Below are positions 38,835 through 48,768 of a stretch of 64,000 nucleotides of DNA, in pieces. The notes below the pieces were generated by a model. It worked only from the letters and a program-made list of their open reading frames with translations, had not been told where the DNA came from and made no database searches. The position numbers were made by a program, and so were the translations under genes. Origin of the DNA: Deltaproteobacteria bacterium (lineage in GTDB: Bacteria; Desulfobacterota_D; UBA1144; Nemesobacterales; UBA2774); assembly GCA_029262275.1 (NCBI GenBank), contig JAJCZS010000007.1, positions 382,031-446,030 on the forward strand, read 5' to 3'. Every line of letters begins with the position of its first letter. Position 1 is the stretch's first letter.

Positions 38835-39446
38835 ATGGAACAAGCTAATATGGATCACGCTGAAGGCCACGACCTTCATTTGACACCAGAGCAAGAATAC
38901 GGCATTTCTAAGCTTGGCATGTGGCTATTTCTGGGAACAGAAATTATGCTTTTCGGAGGTCTCTTTGCTGCTTATGCAATATTTAGAGCTAAGTACCCTG
39001 AAATGTTTTTAGAGTCCCATCAAGAACTTAACCGTGAAATGGGAGCCGTAAACACCTGCATATTAATCTTCAGCAGTTTAACAATGGCCATTGGGGTTAC
39101 CGCGATACAAAGAGGTAAACAGATGCTTGCCGGTATTATGATTCTGGTTACCATAATATGCGGTCTGGGATTTGGAGTTGTTAAATATTTTGAGTACGGT
39201 GCAAAATTTGCACACCACATTTATCCTGACACAAATATATTCTTCTCACTTTACTTCATGATGACCGGTCTTCATATGTTACATGTCTTTATAGGTCTTG
39301 CTGTCCTTGGAGTAATAATGGTATTAACCTTTAAGGGTAAATTTAATGAAAAATATAGCACTCCCGTAGAGATGGGTGGGTTGTACTGGCATTTAGTGGA
39401 TTTAGTATGGATTTATCTTTTCCCATTACTTTATTTAGTAGGATAG
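38835..39446 (+). CDS. coxC: Cytochrome c oxidase subunit III.
   Basis: Polytopic membrane protein located after coxA. The ATG at 38835 lies 1 nt after the coxA stop; the ORF-track start at 38799 would overlap coxA. Confidence 0.8.
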   Translation: MEQANMDHAEGHDLHLTPEQEYGISKLGMWLFLGTEIMLFGGLFAAYAIFRAKYPEMFLESHQELNREMGAVNTCILIFSSLTMAIGVTAIQRGKQMLAGIMILVTIICGLGFGVVKYFEYGAKFAHHIYPDTNIFFSLYFMMTGLHMLHVFIGLAVLGVIMVLTFKGKFNEKYSTPVEMGGLYWHLVDLVWIYLFPLLYLVG

Positions 39447-39462
39447 ATGGAGGCAAAAATAA

Positions 39463-39771
39463 ATGAGCGAACACACACATAGTCAAGAAAAGCATATAAC
39501 AAGTTATAAAACATATTTCATAGTTTGGGTAGCCCTTATGGTGCTCACATTTGTTACGGTCTATATTTCGTATCTAGATTTTGGCCAATTAAATATTGTA
39601 ATTGCGATGGTTGTAGCATCAATCAAAGCAGGTGCAGTTGCGCTGTTCTTTATGCATCTTAAATTCGAGGATTCAATTACTTGGCTATTTGCTCTATTTC
39701 CAATAGCACTTCTCTTTTTGTTAATAGGAATGACCATACTCGATACATTCACAAGAATTTTTCCTATATAG
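39463..39771 (+). CDS. coxD: Cytochrome c oxidase subunit IV (prokaryotic caa3 small subunit).
   Basis: 102-aa protein with three TM helices, located directly after coxC. Confidence 0.6.
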   Translation: MSEHTHSQEKHITSYKTYFIVWVALMVLTFVTVYISYLDFGQLNIVIAMVVASIKAGAVALFFMHLKFEDSITWLFALFPIALLFLLIGMTILDTFTRIFPI

Positions 39772-39785
39772 ATGGTTAATTATTT

Positions 39786-40640
39786 ATGATAGGCAAAATT
39801 TCCCTTTTTCTACTCTTTATTCTCTTTATATGGGGAAACCTAGTTGCAGGACTCCACGCTGGGCTTGGATGTCCAGACTGGCCACTGTGTTATGGTGAAG
39901 TGGTTCCTCCTTATAGATGGGATACTTATATGGAGTTTATGCACCGAGTGATTGGCGCTATAACTTCAATATTCTTAGCAATATTCTGTTATCAAAGATT
40001 TCGTTCTTACAATGGATTCGCTAAGTTTATACCCATTCTTATAATTCTGCTTCTTATTTTTCAGATCATTCTTGGTGGAATTGTAGTAATAATGGAGCTC
40101 CCTGTTGATCTTACAACTTTCCATTTTGCAAATGCCATGGTGATTTTTGCCCTGGTCCTTTATATGCTCTACTTTGATGGTATCTATAGAAAACCTCAAT
40201 TTAGTCTTTCAGGATACGGAGGGATCTTTTTCTTTCTGAGTATTGTCATTTTTATTCAACTGGTGTTGGGAGCATATGTTAGGCACTCAAGCTCTGGGCT
40301 TGCATGTCCAGATTTTCCTACCTGTCTTGGATATTTGATACCACCAGAGCTCTCGGGGTTAATACTCAATCACTTTGCACATAGAACGCTAGCCTATTTA
40401 ATAACAATAATTGTAGCAGTAATGCTGATTGCTTCGTATACATCTAAAGCACTTAAAAAGTACCAATTTGAGCTTTTATTACTAATTGGGTTTATAGTAC
40501 TTCAGATTCTCTTAGGTGCGGGTGTTGTGCTGACAAAACTACAGTTTGCAGTGACAGCCTTACACTTAACTGTTGCGCTTCTAATATTCTATACTGCACT
40601 ATATGCTTGGTTTCGGGGTATGCAGGAAAGTAGTGTATAA
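39786..40640 (+). CDS. ctaA: Heme A synthase CtaA.
   Basis: Polytopic protein with paired Cys loops (GCPDWPLC, ACPDFPTC) and conserved His residues. Confidence 0.8.
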   Translation: MIGKISLFLLFILFIWGNLVAGLHAGLGCPDWPLCYGEVVPPYRWDTYMEFMHRVIGAITSIFLAIFCYQRFRSYNGFAKFIPILIILLLIFQIILGGIVVIMELPVDLTTFHFANAMVIFALVLYMLYFDGIYRKPQFSLSGYGGIFFFLSIVIFIQLVLGAYVRHSSSGLACPDFPTCLGYLIPPELSGLILNHFAHRTLAYLITIIVAVMLIASYTSKALKKYQFELLLLIGFIVLQILLGAGVVLTKLQFAVTALHLTVALLIFYTALYAWFRGMQESSV

Positions 40641-40681
40641 TTTTTTCAAAATCTGATTTTTTTATAGAGACTTCATAAAAG

Positions 40682-41590
40682 ATGGAACAGGTAGAGAAAG
40701 CACCCTCAAATATCGTAGTATCAACTATCCTATTATCAAAGCCGGGGATTATTGTAAGTGTTGCTTTTACAGGTTTTGCGGGGATGGTTTTAGCATCAAG
40801 AGCACTTCCAGACTTAACTACTATAGTTATAACTATGTTAGCACTACTACTTAGTGCGGCCGGGTCGGCCATACTCAATAACGTATTGGATAAACAAATA
40901 GATCTCCTTATGAACAGGCTAAGCAAAAGGGCTCAGGCGCTTGAATCAGTGGGAGAGAAAACAGCAATATTTATTGCAAGTCTATTTATCATAATCTCAC
41001 TATTTCTCTCTTTCTATTATTTAAATTATATAACAGCACTCTTAATTATTGCAGCTATATTGAGCTATACGCTGCTCTATACTTTGTATCTAAAGAGAAG
41101 CTCACCATATGGAACAATCTTAGGTGGCCTTCCAGGCGCGCTTCCTGTTCTTATTGGATATGCAGCGATACAGCCTCATATAGGACTTGATGGATATATA
41201 CTTTTTGCTTTTATGATGCTTTGGCAGCCGCCTCATTTCTGGGCTCTGGCACAGAAATACAAGTTAGACTATAAAAAAGCAGGAGTTCCTGTTATGCCCG
41301 TTGCAATGGGAGCTAAGTTTACGAATATAATGATATTAATTTATTCAATCTCTCTCTTGCCACTGTCGCTTTCTTTCTGGTTTCTAGGGTATACATCTGC
41401 CTATTTTGCAATATTGGCACTTATATTTGGGGGATATTTCGAATACACCATAATAAGAAGTACTATGACCAATTCCGGTTATGGAAAAGCCTTTGCTATA
41501 TCCATTATTTATATGTTAGCTATAATGGCAGCCTTGATACTGGATCTGTCATTTGGATCGACGGCTAGTGCAGTGACTACTCTTTATTAA
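40682..41590 (+). CDS. ctaB: Protoheme IX farnesyltransferase (heme O synthase).
   Basis: UbiA-family prenyltransferase located immediately after ctaA; 302 aa. Confidence 0.8.
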   Translation: MEQVEKAPSNIVVSTILLSKPGIIVSVAFTGFAGMVLASRALPDLTTIVITMLALLLSAAGSAILNNVLDKQIDLLMNRLSKRAQALESVGEKTAIFIASLFIIISLFLSFYYLNYITALLIIAAILSYTLLYTLYLKRSSPYGTILGGLPGALPVLIGYAAIQPHIGLDGYILFAFMMLWQPPHFWALAQKYKLDYKKAGVPVMPVAMGAKFTNIMILIYSISLLPLSLSFWFLGYTSAYFAILALIFGGYFEYTIIRSTMTNSGYGKAFAISIIYMLAIMAALILDLSFGSTASAVTTLY

Positions 41591-41613
41591 ATTGATTGTC
41601 CTCAAATTTAACT

Positions 41614-43416
41614 CTACTTATTCTCCAGCAAAGCTTTTAGTTTCTCTATAGGCTCATTCAGAGTGTGGATTGATTCAATCCAGAACTCTGGAGATTCAAG
41701 ATCGTGTCCAATGCTTCTCTTAGCTACGTTCTCGGCTGTATCAGATCCGGATAGTCGTAAGAATTCCTCATACTTAGGCAGAAAATCTCTTCCTTCTTTC
41801 TTGAACATTGCGAATAGTCCTCGGCTCAATAGGTAGCCAAAAGTATATGGGAAGTTGTAGAAGGTTATTCCTGTTATATAGAAATGAAGTTTGGAGGCCC
41901 AAAAATAAGGGTCTTCTCCGCCGTCTTCTAGAACGTCTCCAAAAACTTTCTTTTGAGTTTCAATCATAAGCTCTTTTAGTCTGCTTACAGGGACTTCTCC
42001 ATTTTGTCTCTCTTCGTAAAATGCTTTTTCAAATTCAAACCGCACGGGTATGTCCATCATATATATTGCCCCATGATTTATTTCTGTATCCAGCATAAGT
42101 ATTTTCTCATCGTTATTTATAGAAGGGTCTTCCAAAATACCTTCTGTAAGAATCATCTCCCCAAATGTAGATGCCGACTCTGCTAAAGTCATAGGGTAGG
42201 AATGAGCATAGGGCCGTATTTCTCTCATCACATAGCTGTGGAATGCGTGTCCCGCCTCATGGGCTAGTGTGAGTACATCACCTATCGTTTCGTTATAAGT
42301 CATAAAAATTCTGGATTCCTTTGTAAGAAGTGAGCCTGTACAGAATCCTCCTGGGCGTTTTCCTTCTCTAGGCTCCCAGTCGACCCACTTTTTTTCAAAT
42401 GCGTTATCTACAAATGAGCCAAGCTCTGGATAAGACGATGAAAAAGAGTTTTTCACCAGATTTTGTGCCTCATTCCAGTCAAGCTTCTTCTTAAATTCCA
42501 GATCCATAGGAGCCCCAAGGTCGTACCAAGCGATCTTATCTCTATTCATCGTGCTTGCCTTTAACCTAAGAATATCTTTTGGCACCTCTATTTCCGAGTA
42601 TATAGCTTCCAACATGGCATCTAGGGTCTTTCTGCTAATAGCGGACTGAAAAAGTGCTACATCCAAGAAGTGGTCTATCCCTCGATGTTTGTTTAGTGTG
42701 AGCCTTGTTCCAGCTATAGCATTTAAGGCTGAAGCCGTTACATCTTCAATCTTCTCCCAGGCGGCATTTCCCCCTTCAAAAGCGGCTTTCCTAATTTCTC
42801 TGTCCGGTTTTTCCATTAGAGATCGTCTCTGTGACATTGGAAGACACATTTTCTCTCCACTAGGGTATTCCATATCAAATTCAAGCTTGCTAGATACTGT
42901 GTCATAAAGTCTTCCCCAGGCTCCAATGCCGTCTACTCCGAGATCTGCCGCAAGGATTTCGTTTTCCTGATCCATTCTTCTTTGAGATTCCTCACGCATT
43001 CTATCTAAATAATAAGAAGCACTAGAAAGAGAGGACTTTTGGGTGAAGGAGTTATATATTTCATCTTCTGCATTTTTAAGTGAGTTTAAAAGCTCGGAGG
43101 AAAGTTTTGAGAATTCAGCTCCCAAAACTGACATATCTGCCTCCTCTTTTAAATGCTCTTCATTCATGCTGTCTGCTGAGGCAACACAGCCGATATACGA
43201 TCTAAGGTGAGAGTATCTTGTTGCGAGATCCTCAGTGTCTAGAAATATCTTTTCCCATTCATTTTGATTGGTAGAATCTAGTGAAGAGAGTAAAGAGGCT
43301 TTATCTCTAATGGATTTTATATCTTCTTTTAGCTTTTTTTTAAATTCCTTCATCTCGGGACCATTAAATTCTGGGAAATAACTGGTAAGATCCCAATTCA
43401 TGTTATCAGTAGACAT
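41614..43416 (-). CDS. pepF: Oligoendopeptidase F (M3 family metallopeptidase).
   Basis: 600-aa protein with the HEAGHAFH zinc-binding motif. Confidence 0.85.
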   Translation of the reverse strand: MSTDNMNWDLTSYFPEFNGPEMKEFKKKLKEDIKSIRDKASLLSSLDSTNQNEWEKIFLDTEDLATRYSHLRSYIGCVASADSMNEEHLKEEADMSVLGAEFSKLSSELLNSLKNAEDEIYNSFTQKSSLSSASYYLDRMREESQRRMDQENEILAADLGVDGIGAWGRLYDTVSSKLEFDMEYPSGEKMCLPMSQRRSLMEKPDREIRKAAFEGGNAAWEKIEDVTASALNAIAGTRLTLNKHRGIDHFLDVALFQSAISRKTLDAMLEAIYSEIEVPKDILRLKASTMNRDKIAWYDLGAPMDLEFKKKLDWNEAQNLVKNSFSSSYPELGSFVDNAFEKKWVDWEPREGKRPGGFCTGSLLTKESRIFMTYNETIGDVLTLAHEAGHAFHSYVMREIRPYAHSYPMTLAESASTFGEMILTEGILEDPSINNDEKILMLDTEINHGAIYMMDIPVRFEFEKAFYEERQNGEVPVSRLKELMIETQKKVFGDVLEDGGEDPYFWASKLHFYITGITFYNFPYTFGYLLSRGLFAMFKKEGRDFLPKYEEFLRLSGSDTAENVAKRSIGHDLESPEFWIESIHTLNEPIEKLKALLENK

Positions 43417-43521
43417 TTTTCCTCCGGCTAATATTAATTTGAATTATAAAAGTAACATATGTTCTAGTTTTGTTTAGTTTATCTTGCCATTTAGGGCTAT
43501 TTATATATTTTAGATATAATT

Positions 43522-43758
43522 ATGGGAAAAAGATTCAGCTTATTTTTAAAGAATTTGTTTAGACGGGAAACAATAGTAAGGGCACTAAAAGTGGCATTGG
43601 TTGTGGGGCCGATTCTTATAATAATCAACCACCACGACAGTATTTTGAATTCTGAGTTAAGCAATAATCTGTATTTTAAATTTGCCCTGACTTTTTTGGT
43701 TCCATTTTGTGTGTCGGCATATTCTTCAGCCCAAGCTTATTGTGCCGATGAACTGTAG
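43522..43758 (+). CDS. Small membrane protein resembling the NrtS (putative nitrate/nitrite transporter) family.
   Basis: 78-aa protein with the pattern ALKVALVVGPILIIINHHD....LTFLVPFCVSAYSS, typical of NrtS-like proteins. Confidence 0.4.
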   Translation: MGKRFSLFLKNLFRRETIVRALKVALVVGPILIIINHHDSILNSELSNNLYFKFALTFLVPFCVSAYSSAQAYCADEL

Positions 43759-43792
43759 GCTATTGAAGTCAGAGAGTGCTTACCTAGTTGAT

Positions 43793-44716
43793 TTAGGAAG
43801 AAGGGGACTCTGTTGTGCTCTCCTGTTCATTAAGATGCCAATCGTATTTAAGGTAGCCAATCTTGAGCTTGTTGCTCATTAAATACTCTTTTGTTTCTTC
43901 TGATTCCAAATAGTCCAAGGTGAAATTGAGTGCTGCATTTTCCTTAAGACTATAGTTATTAAATAGCTTCTGATTCCCATAATTTGGAATAAAATCCTCT
44001 CCAAACCACTTGAAAATTTTTGAGAATTTCACCTTCCTATTACTCTTGTTCACATATATACCTTTGTCCGGGTTATTTATAAAACCTCTTGCGGCACTAG
44101 CTAGTTGTGCCTCAATCCGCTCTGGAATGTATGCTTCACTACTCAAATCTGGGCAGGAATCGGATGCGCAAACAATAGCCATATGAATCCTTGGTTCATT
44201 AAATTCCTTTCTAAGTATCTGATGCTCTATCTCGTCAAGCGTAACCATTCTTCCAACTGCTCTGAACTGAAGCTTGGTCCAGACTCCCTTTATTTGAAGA
44301 ATACTGTCGGAGGGTGCGTAGAAGATACCAACCAGTGAAAAACTTCTTTTAATTGGATAATGATCAATTATGGCCTTAATGGTGAAGGCGTTATATGCAT
44401 TTATCCAGAACGTAAGTTTCTGCTCTTCAGACCATGATTCAAAATCAGACTCATTTACATCTCCAAGAGCTTTTAGAAAGATTTCAAACTCTGCTTTAGA
44501 GTCGATAAACCCCTCATAATTTACTCTGGCATCTTTCACGTACCGTTTTAGAAGATCGTTATATGTAGCATACGAGTGGTCAAAGTCATTTTGTCTCACT
44601 TGTTCTATTCCATAAGAGATAATTGTTAAAGAGTTTTGGTATGGGTGAATCAATACTGATACTAATAAGATAGCTAAGATTCCTAGAAGTCCGGCCTTAT
44701 TTACATGTTGCTTCAT
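43793..44716 (-). CDS. DUF547 domain protein with signal peptide.
   Basis: FWINAYNAFTIKAIIDHYP hallmark of DUF547, plus an N-terminal signal sequence. Confidence 0.65.
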   Translation of the reverse strand: MKQHVNKAGLLGILAILLVSVLIHPYQNSLTIISYGIEQVRQNDFDHSYATYNDLLKRYVKDARVNYEGFIDSKAEFEIFLKALGDVNESDFESWSEEQKLTFWINAYNAFTIKAIIDHYPIKRSFSLVGIFYAPSDSILQIKGVWTKLQFRAVGRMVTLDEIEHQILRKEFNEPRIHMAIVCASDSCPDLSSEAYIPERIEAQLASAARGFINNPDKGIYVNKSNRKVKFSKIFKWFGEDFIPNYGNQKLFNNYSLKENAALNFTLDYLESEETKEYLMSNKLKIGYLKYDWHLNEQESTTESPSS

Positions 44717-44788
44717 TTTTTGCCTCTTGTTCTAAATATACGTATTTTATGATGATCTGGTTTCTTAAAAGATTCTGGCTGTTAATAA

Positions 44789-45592
44789 TTACGAGAAGGC
44801 GTCATTTAGACGAAGTATATGCTCATCAGATAGGCGCCAGTCTGATGAGCCACAGTTCTCCACAGTTCGCTCAAGACTATTTGATTTGGGTATGGCGATT
44901 ACATGTTTATTTGAAGTGCACCAATTAAGCGCAACCTGGCCCATAGTCTTAGAGCACTCATCTGCTATCTCGCTTAGCACCTTCATCTTATTACTTTTAA
45001 ATAGGCGTTCTTGTTTGGTTAGGTTTCCGTCATCAAGCGGTGTGTAGGCCATAATTGTAATACCTTTTTCTTCACAGTAAGGTATTAAATCCATCTCAAT
45101 ACTCCTGTCATTTAAGTTGTAGCGTACTTGGTTAGAGACTATTGGATAATTATTCAAAAAAGACTGAGCTTCCTCAATCTCGTCAATATCGAAATTGCTA
45201 ACTCCTATAAATCTCACAAGCCCTCTATCAACGAGCTCTCCCATAGCCCGCATTGTCTCCCTTATGGGATAACTGTAGTTAGGCCAATGGATTTGGTATA
45301 GGTCTATGTAGTCGGTGCCCAGTTTATAAAGGCTTTCTTCTGCTGATTGTAGTACATCATCATATGCCAGATGCCTGCCTGAGACCTTTGTAGCAATGAA
45401 AACCTCATCTCGTATACCTTTAATAGCCTCTCCGACAACGTCTTCAGTGTAATAGCCCTCAGCGGTGTCTATAAGCGTTGCACCAAGCTCTATTCCAGCT
45501 CTCAGTGTTGCAGCTTCCCCCTTGTATCTCCAGGTACCAAGACCTATCTCTGCTACCATAACCCCAGTGTTGCCGAGTTCTTTTAGTTGCAT
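44789..45592 (-). CDS. Aldo/keto reductase.
   Basis: N-terminal LGLGTW motif and AKR TIM-barrel length (267 aa). Confidence 0.8.
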   Translation of the reverse strand: MQLKELGNTGVMVAEIGLGTWRYKGEAATLRAGIELGATLIDTAEGYYTEDVVGEAIKGIRDEVFIATKVSGRHLAYDDVLQSAEESLYKLGTDYIDLYQIHWPNYSYPIRETMRAMGELVDRGLVRFIGVSNFDIDEIEEAQSFLNNYPIVSNQVRYNLNDRSIEMDLIPYCEEKGITIMAYTPLDDGNLTKQERLFKSNKMKVLSEIADECSKTMGQVALNWCTSNKHVIAIPKSNSLERTVENCGSSDWRLSDEHILRLNDAFS

Positions 45593-45719
45593 TAGTTGTT
45601 CCTATAATTCTAATTATAGCAAAATGCTAGGCAATAGCACAAACATATATAAATTGTATTGCCTTATTAAGTGTTTTTCGATTATTATTACTAAACTGAA
45701 ACACACTTAGGAGGCAGGT

Positions 45720-46682
45720 ATGAGAATATTCATAATAATACTGTTTTTGGCTCTTTTTTTAACTCAAAATACTTATGCAGAGGATGTTTCTGGAAGCTCA
45801 GATCATCCAATGGTTTCCAGATATGAAGGATCATCTATTACAGATTATGATTTCAGAGAATTTGATGAGTATGAAATACTACTAGGCAAAGTTAAGCGCG
45901 ACCCAGAGAGTCCCTCGGACAAAATAGCAGAATCCAGTGAGGCCCTGGAAGGGAAAGTAACAAGAATATCTTATTATCTGCCAGAGGATCGTTCTACTCT
46001 AGAGGTTTTTAGAAATTATGAAGACGCTCTTAAAGCAGCCGGGTTTGAGATACTTTTTACTTGTACTAATAACGAGTGTGGCGGCAGGGACTTTAACCAC
46101 AAGGTTGTTGAGTATTCAGCTGGATTTGGTGATAACTATTCAGAGCAAAGATTTCTAGCAGCCAAGCTTGCGAGAGATGAAGGTGATGTCTATGTCTCCC
46201 TATATACAGTTAAGAACACTTCAGGTGGTGGACCTGACAGAAATCACATCTACACCCAAGTTGATGTGATCGAAGTTGCTCCTATGCAAGAGGCTATGGT
46301 CACTGTGGATGCAAAGGCCATGGCCGAGGAGATATTTGAAACTGGCAGCATCTCCATATACGGAATTCTTTTTGACTTTGATAAGGCCGATATTAAGCCT
46401 GAATCAGCAGCTACAATTAAAGAAATAGCTTCACTTCTAACCAACAATCCCAATCTCAAGTTATTTATTGTTGGGCATACCGATAATAAAGGGAGCTTAG
46501 ATTACAATACGAATCTATCTCAAAAAAGGGCAGAAGCTGTTGTAGGTGTTTTAGTTTCAGACCACGGGATTGCATCTTCAAGAGTAACTCCCAAGGGGCT
46601 TGGCTTTTTGGCCCCAGTAGCATCTAACAGCTCAGAAGACGGAAGAGCTAAGAACAGAAGAGTTGAGTTGGTAGAATACTAA
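45720..46682 (+). CDS. OmpA-family protein (C-terminal OmpA/MotB peptidoglycan-binding domain) with signal peptide.
   Basis: C-terminal FDFDKADIKPES...VGHTDNKGS..YN..LSQKRAEAV motif. Confidence 0.75.
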   Translation: MRIFIIILFLALFLTQNTYAEDVSGSSDHPMVSRYEGSSITDYDFREFDEYEILLGKVKRDPESPSDKIAESSEALEGKVTRISYYLPEDRSTLEVFRNYEDALKAAGFEILFTCTNNECGGRDFNHKVVEYSAGFGDNYSEQRFLAAKLARDEGDVYVSLYTVKNTSGGGPDRNHIYTQVDVIEVAPMQEAMVTVDAKAMAEEIFETGSISIYGILFDFDKADIKPESAATIKEIASLLTNNPNLKLFIVGHTDNKGSLDYNTNLSQKRAEAVVGVLVSDHGIASSRVTPKGLGFLAPVASNSSEDGRAKNRRVELVEY

Positions 46683-46771
46683 TTGCTATTTTTGACTATG
46701 AGCAGTTACAAACTGAGATAGTTTGTAGAGACTATAGGAAGTTGTTTGATAAAAATTCTAAGTATATAAAA

Positions 46772-46803
46772 TAAAAAAGGGGGCTCAAGGCCCCCTTTTT
46801 CGT
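46772..46803. terminator. Bidirectional rho-independent terminator between convergent genes.
   Basis: AAAAAA-GGGGGC-tcaag-GCCCCC-TTTTT. It is symmetric, with A/T runs on both sides. Confidence 0.75.
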
Positions 46804-46819
46804 TTGCAAACTTGTTTTC

Positions 46820-47080
46820 TTACTTAGCTGCGTCGTCTTCCATTTCGCCGCCAGGCATTTCGCCCATAGCATCTTTTCCAGCTGCTTCAGCGTCTTCCAT
46901 AGCGCCTTTAGCTGCATCTTCAGCATCATCTGCCATTTCGCCACCAGGTATTTCACCTGCAGGATCTGCTGCAGCTTCATGGTGCTCAGCGATTGCTGAC
47001 TGTGTACTAACTAATGTAGATCCCCCAAAGGACAAACCCATAACTAACATTAACGCAAAAACAAAAGTAACTACTCTCAT
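46820..47080 (-). CDS. Small secreted acidic Met/His-rich protein.
   Basis: The ATG at 47080 is preceded by a GGAGG ribosome-binding site. A signal peptide (MRVVTFVFALMLVMGLSFGGSTLVSTQSAIA) leads into a mature ~55-aa peptide (EHHEAA...GEIPGGEMADD...GEMPGGEMEDDAAK) that contains internal repeats. Confidence 0.55.
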   Translation of the reverse strand: MRVVTFVFALMLVMGLSFGGSTLVSTQSAIAEHHEAAADPAGEIPGGEMADDAEDAAKGAMEDAEAAGKDAMGEMPGGEMEDDAAK

Positions 47081-47310
47081 ATCTAAAACCTCCTTCTTGT
47101 GATTTGCTAACGGATTTTCTCCGGCTAGCTTACTATTATCAAACGTTATAATTTGCAATATTTATACCACTTTCCTGCCTATATAGAATAAGCAGTAATT
47201 ACCACCGCTTAGATATTCTATCACCTTTCTTCACCAATGAAAAGCCTATTTAATGTGTACAATTACACAGCTCAAACTGCGCAATTTCGCACATTCCTTA
47301 TTGTTTAATA

Positions 47311-48417
47311 TCAACAAAAATGTCTGAGCGCTTTCCTCATTTTAGAAACAGATAGTTTTCTAAGGGCCTTTTTCTCTATCTGCCTAATTCTTTCCCTTGT
47401 GAGCTTAAATTTCTTGCCTATATCATCGAGTGTAACTGTATCATCTCTGTCTATTCCAAAACGCATTCTAAGTACTTCTTCTTCTTTGGGCGTTAAAAGT
47501 GACAGGGAATGCCTAATGCTTTGTTTTAATTCCTTATCAACTATCAAAGAGTCTGGAGAAGCAGATTCTTCATTCTCTATAAAGTCATATAAAGTTCTTT
47601 TTTCTCCATCAATAGGTGAATCTAAGCTCACAGAATCATTGGTTATTTTTAGTATTCTCTTTACATATTTTACAGATACTCCAGAGTGATCTGATATCTC
47701 TTGGGTAGATGGATTCTTACCTGTTTTTTTAATTAATATAGCCCTGGTTCTATATACTCTGCTTGTAACTTCAAGCAAATACACAGGGACCCTGACTACT
47801 CCTTTATGGACTAGGATTGCTCTTGTTATTGACTGGTATATCCACCAGGAAGCATATGTAGAGAATCTGTAACCCTTAGTGTAATCAAAGCGGTCTATAG
47901 ATCTCATAAGTCCAATATTGCCTTCCTGTATTAGATCGAGAAAAGGAAGCCCATGGTTAACGTATCTCTTGGCTATACTAATAACTAATCTTAAATTCGC
48001 GTTGGCAAATCTCTTTTTTAATTCCTTAGCTTTTTCTGTGTAAGCTCTATGTGAGGCCTCTAGTCTCTGAATGTCATTTTGTCTATTTGATTCTTGAGAT
48101 ATTTCTCCCAGCAATGATTTAATCTGCGCGGCTTTTGATTCACACTTCTTAATCTGTGCAGGAATCTCTATTTCTTGCCTTATATCTAGAAGCGGCTCAC
48201 TTGCAATATCTTGGAAGTAATTATTGAGCAACCTATATTGATTGTCAGGTGATTGCTGGGTTTTATTATTATATTTCGAAATTTCTTCATTTGCTTCCTC
48301 TTCTGATTCTTGATGATTTAACTCAAAATCCATTTCCCCTTCTGCTTCAAATTGTTCTCCAGAATTCTTAGGTGTATCCGATAGGTCTTCAAACTGATTA
48401 ATTTCCACATTTTTCAT
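47311..48417 (-). CDS. rpoD: Primary-like sigma-70 family RNA polymerase sigma factor (RpoD/SigA-like, lacking region 1.1).
   Basis: Region 2 (DLIQEGNIGLMRSIDRFDYTKGYRFSTYASWWIYQSI) and a region 4 HTH are present. It has an acidic N-terminal extension; 368 aa. Confidence 0.75.
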   Translation of the reverse strand: MKNVEINQFEDLSDTPKNSGEQFEAEGEMDFELNHQESEEEANEEISKYNNKTQQSPDNQYRLLNNYFQDIASEPLLDIRQEIEIPAQIKKCESKAAQIKSLLGEISQESNRQNDIQRLEASHRAYTEKAKELKKRFANANLRLVISIAKRYVNHGLPFLDLIQEGNIGLMRSIDRFDYTKGYRFSTYASWWIYQSITRAILVHKGVVRVPVYLLEVTSRVYRTRAILIKKTGKNPSTQEISDHSGVSVKYVKRILKITNDSVSLDSPIDGEKRTLYDFIENEESASPDSLIVDKELKQSIRHSLSLLTPKEEEVLRMRFGIDRDDTVTLDDIGKKFKLTRERIRQIEKKALRKLSVSKMRKALRHFC

Positions 48418-48768
48418 TTTCTTCTCCTATTGAATATTTTGTCTAGTTTAATCTCGTACCTATAATTCATTGCGCCGGAGAAAACCGAAAAGATGATTTC
48501 GGACTCTAGCCTTTGCCTCTTTAAATACTTATATTTGCAATTGCCATGCCATATAACCCATATTTTGAATTATCTTATGATTACAGGCTATTATGATTAT
48601 TGTTGAAAATTGAGAATGACTAGAATGTACTAGGATGTGTTATAACGCACTATATTTCGTAGGGTCTTTTTACACATCGGCTCACTAATCTCAATGTTGT
48701 TCAGTTAAAAACTATCATCTATGCGTTAGGCTTGCATTAATTAGGAAAGACACTGTAAACTCATATTC

